From IMG/VR virus record IMGVR_UViG_3300046616_000384: a stretch of 20,000 nucleotides of DNA, one strand, 5' to 3'. The notes beneath the pieces were generated by a model. That model did no database searches and had not been told where the DNA came from. It worked only from the letters and a program-made list of their open reading frames with translations. Shown here piece after piece: positions 16,601 through 20,000 of the stretch. This DNA comes from an uncultured virus (IMG/VR IMGVR_UViG_3300046616_000384). Taxonomy: Duplodnaviria > Heunggongvirae > Uroviricota > Caudoviricetes. How positions within the stretch are numbered: the first letter of the stretch is position 1; every line of letters starts with the position of its first letter. The position numbers and the translations under genes were made by a program.

Positions 16601-16942
16601 TCAGACTCCGAGTTCGACGATCTGCTCCACCGCCTCGTTGCCTTCGGCCAACGCGCCGAACAGGGCCTCAAAGTCCCCGTCGCGGCTCGCGATGGCCGCC
16701 GTCTCTCGGCAGGCGAGGAGCGTCAGCCGGGGGATGAGTTGATCGGCGGACAGGTCCGTCTCTTCAATGTCGTCCATGCCCGGTGCTGACGCCTTGATGC
16801 TGAACGTCTCCGCGTCCGCGTCGTACTTGGCTTCAAGGTGCGTCTCCGAGACGGGAAAGTCGATCACGGCAGTCTCACCTGGGTGGGCCTGCATGTCCGC
16901 AACCGTCTCGGCGGCGTTACCCTTGAATGCGCCTTCAGTCAT
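16601..16942 (-). CDS. Acidic hypothetical protein
   Basis: AAAGGAG RBS. Confidence 0.7.
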   Translation of the reverse strand: MTEGAFKGNAAETVADMQAHPGETAVIDFPVSETHLEAKYDADAETFSIKASAPGMDDIEETDLSADQLIPRLTLLACRETAAIASRDGDFEALFGALAEGNEAVEQIVELGV

Positions 16943-17039
16943 GGTGTGCTCCTTTCATCGGTTCTGTGGCGTGTCCATAGAACTCCCAACCGATTGAGGG
17001 TCTGAGTCTCAGTCGGCCGGGCGCTCGGTGGCGACTTGG

Positions 17040-17342
17040 TTACATCAGGAAGTCCAGCGGGTCGCCGTCTCCGACGGCTTCCTCGAAGGCTTCAAAGTCG
17101 TTGGCCAGAAGCGCCGCCTCCGCCTCCGCCTTGCGGTCCCTCTCGGGCGCGTCGGTACCGGCCACGATGAGCTTCTGTCCCTTGCCGGTGCCCAGTTCAC
17201 CCGACGTCTGAGAGCGGAAGTGATCATCACAGACGTAGGCCCAGGGACCGTGCAGGGTCTTGGCGTCATACGCGGCCTTGACCGGTTCCGCGTGCGGAAG
17301 CTGGCAGTCAGGCAGCTCAACGACAATTGCTGTAGTTCCCAT
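17040..17342 (-). CDS. Conserved phage Zn-binding hypothetical (YDAKT..GPWA..C..H...LG.G.GQ family)
   Basis: Recognisable motif. GGAG RBS before ATG 17342. Confidence 0.7.
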   Translation of the reverse strand: MGTTAIVVELPDCQLPHAEPVKAAYDAKTLHGPWAYVCDDHFRSQTSGELGTGKGQKLIVAGTDAPERDRKAEAEAALLANDFEAFEEAVGDGDPLDFLM

Positions 17343-17361
17343 AGCATCTCCATTCTGAAAT

Positions 17362-17434
17362 TCACCCCCGCACCTCGCGCGGGGGGTTGGTGGGAATTCA
17401 CCACTGCGTCTCACCTCCGCACCTCGCGCGGGGG
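17362..17434 (-). repeat. Tandem hairpins sharing a 24-bp near-identical core
   Basis: TCACC(C/T)CCGCACCTCGCGCGGGGG at 17362-17385 and 17411-17434. Confidence 0.8.
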
Positions 17435-17450
17435 AGATGAGACACAGAAG

Positions 17451-17777
17451 CTAATTCCCGACCGGGGAATCGGCCATTTCGGGATTGGCAAGCACCAACC
17501 GATCGAATTCGTCGATCTCGGCGGACTTGCCGGATACCCGTTCGCTGTGAGTGACCACGGCGGCGATTATTTTGATTGCGTCAACGCGCGTGAGGGAAGC
17601 CCATTGAAGGGCTTCCGATTCGCCCGTGGGCCGGACGTAGAGCGCGAAGCGTTCGCCGACGCCGCCGTCCGCACAGCGGAGGAAGAGGTCGAATCCCGCC
17701 ACGGCGTCCGAGTGGACGAGCGCGTTAGGCATAAGCCGCGCCGAATCGAATCCAGCGAGAATATTCATTGTTGCCAT
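17451..17777 (-). CDS. Hypothetical protein, first gene of the leftward array
   Basis: ATG 17777 lies downstream of the control region. Codon usage is more A/T-ending than in the rest of the array. Confidence 0.6.
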   Translation of the reverse strand: MATMNILAGFDSARLMPNALVHSDAVAGFDLFLRCADGGVGERFALYVRPTGESEALQWASLTRVDAIKIIAAVVTHSERVSGKSAEIDEFDRLVLANPEMADSPVGN

Positions 17778-17815
17778 TGTCGTTTTCCGATCTGTTGTTT
17801 GCCTATGAAACAAGC

Positions 17816-18090
17816 CTGCCCGGACTGTCAAGTCCGGAAAACCGGTTACGCGGTCCGTCGCGCGTTCCCGCGCGGGTGCGCGCCCGGCGGCGGGCAACCG
17901 ATAGCAAGCTATCGGAATGTTCCGCCGGCGATAGTTGACTATCGCTTTTTGGTGTTCATCCTGGTTGAAGATTCAATTGAAGATTCAATGAATGTTCGAA
18001 CCTGGTAGCTAACTATCGGTTTATCCTCCCTCCGGTTTGTTTTCTGATTCCAGACTGCCCGGACTGTCAAGCGTGAAAAACCGGTTACGC
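17816..18090. promoter_or_regulatory. Divergent control region with duplicated 36-bp element and three 18-bp palindromic operator-like sites
   Basis: CTGCCCGGACTGTCAAG-N5-AAAACCGGTTACGC at 17816 and 18055. CGATAG-N4-CTATCG at 17898 and 17928, degenerate at 18002. Confidence 0.75.
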
Positions 18091-18113
18091 AACGGACGCT
18101 TTAGCTCTAGACT
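18085..18113 (+). promoter_or_regulatory. Putative rightward promoter TTACGC-N17-TAGACT
   Basis: Good actinobacterial -10, weak -35. Followed by a 5' hairpin (18119-18141) and an AGGGAGG RBS. Confidence 0.45.
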
Positions 18114-18160
18114 GTGAATTGCCGGGCAAGCCGCCCGGCAACGATTAGGGAGGTTAGGCA

Positions 18161-19198
18161 ATGGCAACGGCAAGCTATGAGGCGGTCAAATTGCGTAAGC
18201 AAATTGCCCGGGATATGGGAATACGCCTATCGGCGTTGAAAATCCCGGCAATGCCGGAAAATGCAAAAGACGTAAACCGCCGGGCGGATAACGTGGCGGA
18301 AAAATTCGGCACGTTCGGAATTGACCGTGAAATGAATGAATGGTCAACGGCGCTACGGGACGTTATGCGGGAAAACCACACCGCGATTATGGCGCGGAAA
18401 ATCACCCGGGCAATTCCGGCAACAAAAGCCGCGCTAGTCACAACGAAAATCGGTTATGACGTAGTGACAATTTCCCGCGTGGAAAAAGCCGCTAACGTCG
18501 ATTCAATCCGCCGCCAATTGGCAAAAGCGATTGAGCGCGAAAATGCGGCAATGGCGGCACGGGAGGCGGCGGAAGAATTAGAGGCACGTAAGACAAACCT
18601 AGAACGGGCACCAAAAGCCGTTAAAGCCGCCTCTAAGCGCCGTTCAGTGCTGGCAGACAGGGAACATGCCCGTGTGCGCTTTTTGCGCCGCAAATTGGCA
18701 CGTGCCGCCTCCCAACGGGTAGCAAACAATCTCACCTATTCCCGCGTTGGGGATGTGAGGCTTTCACTCAATCCGCAATCAATGGCAAATCAGGTTGCGC
18801 GGCTTGTGGCGGATATTCCAGACAGGAAAGACGTGCACCCATTTAGGGAATTGCCGCGAATCAGGAAAGTGACTGGCACAACGGCAACGGCAATAATCGG
18901 AAAGCCGGAAAACGAATTGATCTGGCAGGAAGACAAAGCCGTTCTAGACGCCGCCCGGAAAGAACGGGACGAAAAAGCGGCGGCGGAAAAAGCCCGAATT
19001 GCGGCAATAGAGGCGGCGGAAGAAAAAGCCCGGAAAGCCGCATTAGAGGCGGCTCGAATTGAGCGCCGTAATCAGCGCCGAATTGATAACGCGGAAAAAT
19101 ATGAGGCAACGCGAATTGCCGCTAATGCCCGTAGGGCACTTGCCGCGAAAATCCGCCGGGAAAATGCAAAGCACAAACAACCTAAGAAAATGCGTTAG
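18161..19198 (+). CDS. Basic Ala/Arg/Lys-rich coiled-coil hypothetical protein
   Basis: 345-aa ORF with strong RBS (AGGGAGG) and a terminator directly downstream. Atypical A-rich codon usage. Confidence 0.75.
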   Translation: MATASYEAVKLRKQIARDMGIRLSALKIPAMPENAKDVNRRADNVAEKFGTFGIDREMNEWSTALRDVMRENHTAIMARKITRAIPATKAALVTTKIGYDVVTISRVEKAANVDSIRRQLAKAIERENAAMAAREAAEELEARKTNLERAPKAVKAASKRRSVLADREHARVRFLRRKLARAASQRVANNLTYSRVGDVRLSLNPQSMANQVARLVADIPDRKDVHPFRELPRIRKVTGTTATAIIGKPENELIWQEDKAVLDAARKERDEKAAAEKARIAAIEAAEEKARKAALEAARIERRNQRRIDNAEKYEATRIAANARRALAAKIRRENAKHKQPKKMR

Positions 19199-19211
19199 GC
19201 AATTCTGAATT

Positions 19212-19243
19212 AGCGGCCCCGGTAATTACCGGGGCCGCTTTTT
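19212..19243 (+). terminator. Intrinsic terminator
   Basis: Perfect 28-bp palindrome AGCGGCCCCGGTAATTACCGGGGCCGCT running into a T tract, 13 bp after the stop. Confidence 0.85.
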
Positions 19244-19279
19244 CATGTTCCCGCTGCAGTCCCATATTTCGGTATGCCG

Positions 19280-20000
19280 TAATTCAATTGTTCGCACCAG
19301 GTAACTTTTATGTTCGGCCTGGCGAACTCTATTGTTCGCCCTGGCGAAACCCAATTGTTAGGCGCACCTCAATTGGTAGTCCACTTCCACTTGCCAGTTG
19401 GTGGGGATGTAGGACATCCTACGTCCATGTTGGGCCGGCTCAACACTAGAGGTAGGACATCCTATGTCCGTGCCGGCCGGAACATTGTTAGGCTACCTAA
19501 TAGTTGCACCTTCAACCAGGGCGAACACCTGACATAGGACGTCCCAGATCCTACCCTGTTGCAGCGGGAACACTGGCACGTTGGGACATGCATAATCATG
19601 CGGATACCCAAAAGCCCCAAAAGCCCCTGACAAGCCCCTGACGGCCCCTTAGAGGCTCTAACTATGTGTCCGTGTGTACGTGGCTTGGATGGGTCTTTTT
19701 AGGCTCTTAGAATGGCACACACGGTTGTTCTCATTTTGCTCACGTTGTAAACAACACCACTGTAATTCGCATACGTGCATAACTAATCATCTGACATATG
19801 ACATCATATGTATGCGTATGCGGATATGTACATACGCGCATATGTATATATGCACATACATGCAACCAGGGCGAACATATGCCCACATAGGGATATGCAG
19901 GGTGCACATATAACCAGGTGCGAACATAACCGGACAAGTATATTGCCGGCGGAACATATACGGGTGGGGGACGTCCCACGTCCTACGTCACGGGGCCGCC
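19280..20000. repeat. Non-coding repeat-rich region (candidate terminus/origin/centromere)
   Basis: Six TGTTCG-N1-2-CC(T/A)GG(T/C) copies, four copies or partial copies of a TAGGACRTCCTAYGTC-like site, an AAGCCCC tandem array and alternating purine-pyrimidine tracts. Confidence 0.7.

Noticed and set aside
17821..17832. Match to the mycobacteriophage L5 stoperator (TGTCAAG core)
   Set aside because: The shared core is just the reverse complement of a TTGACA box, and no dispersed copies were seen in the array.
17028..18008. 326-aa plus-strand ORF
   Set aside because: It runs antisense across two better-supported genes, hairpins and the operator region.
19321..19340. LexA/SOS box (GGCGAAC-TCTATT-GTTCGCC)
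   Set aside because: The spacer is 6 bp, whereas the actinobacterial SOS box is GAAC-N4-GTTC. It is better explained by adjacent repeat copies.
19310..19979. Short ORFs in the right-hand tail
   Set aside because: No RBS, and the translations merely reflect the repeats and RY tracts.
19985..20000. Possible cos end or telomere at the window edge
   Set aside because: It cannot be told whether the window end is the genome end, and no diagnostic telomeric palindrome set is visible.

Overview
The window looks like the right, early/accessory arm of a high-GC actinobacterial phage or phage-plasmid. It opens with the 3' part of a type Ib parA gene and a coupled small ribbon-helix-helix partner, which suggests extrachromosomal maintenance, followed by two small Cys-rich genes. 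From 1185 to 17777 there are about 40 tightly packed, mostly leftward small genes. They include a beta-clamp-like protein, an orphan HicA-like protein, a DUF932-like protein, a winged-helix protein and many acidic or Zn-binding hypotheticals. One rightward ParB/DGQHR-like gene (8636-9574) interrupts the array, and it also holds a self-contained cassette of a secreted protein plus a small membrane protein (6936-7619). The intergenic spacers carry repeated RNA hairpin elements and a recurring oriented 13-bp motif. From about 17.6 kb the composition drops to roughly 50-58% GC by eye and GGCC disappears for about 1.6 kb. That segment holds a dense divergent control region (duplicated 36-bp element, three 18-bp palindromes) and one basic coiled-coil gene. 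It ends in a non-coding repeat-rich tail that may be a terminus, origin or centromere region. No integrase, structural genes, tRNA or CRISPR array were seen. Family assignments come from recalled motifs, not database searches, and start codons were re-picked by RBS and overlap.
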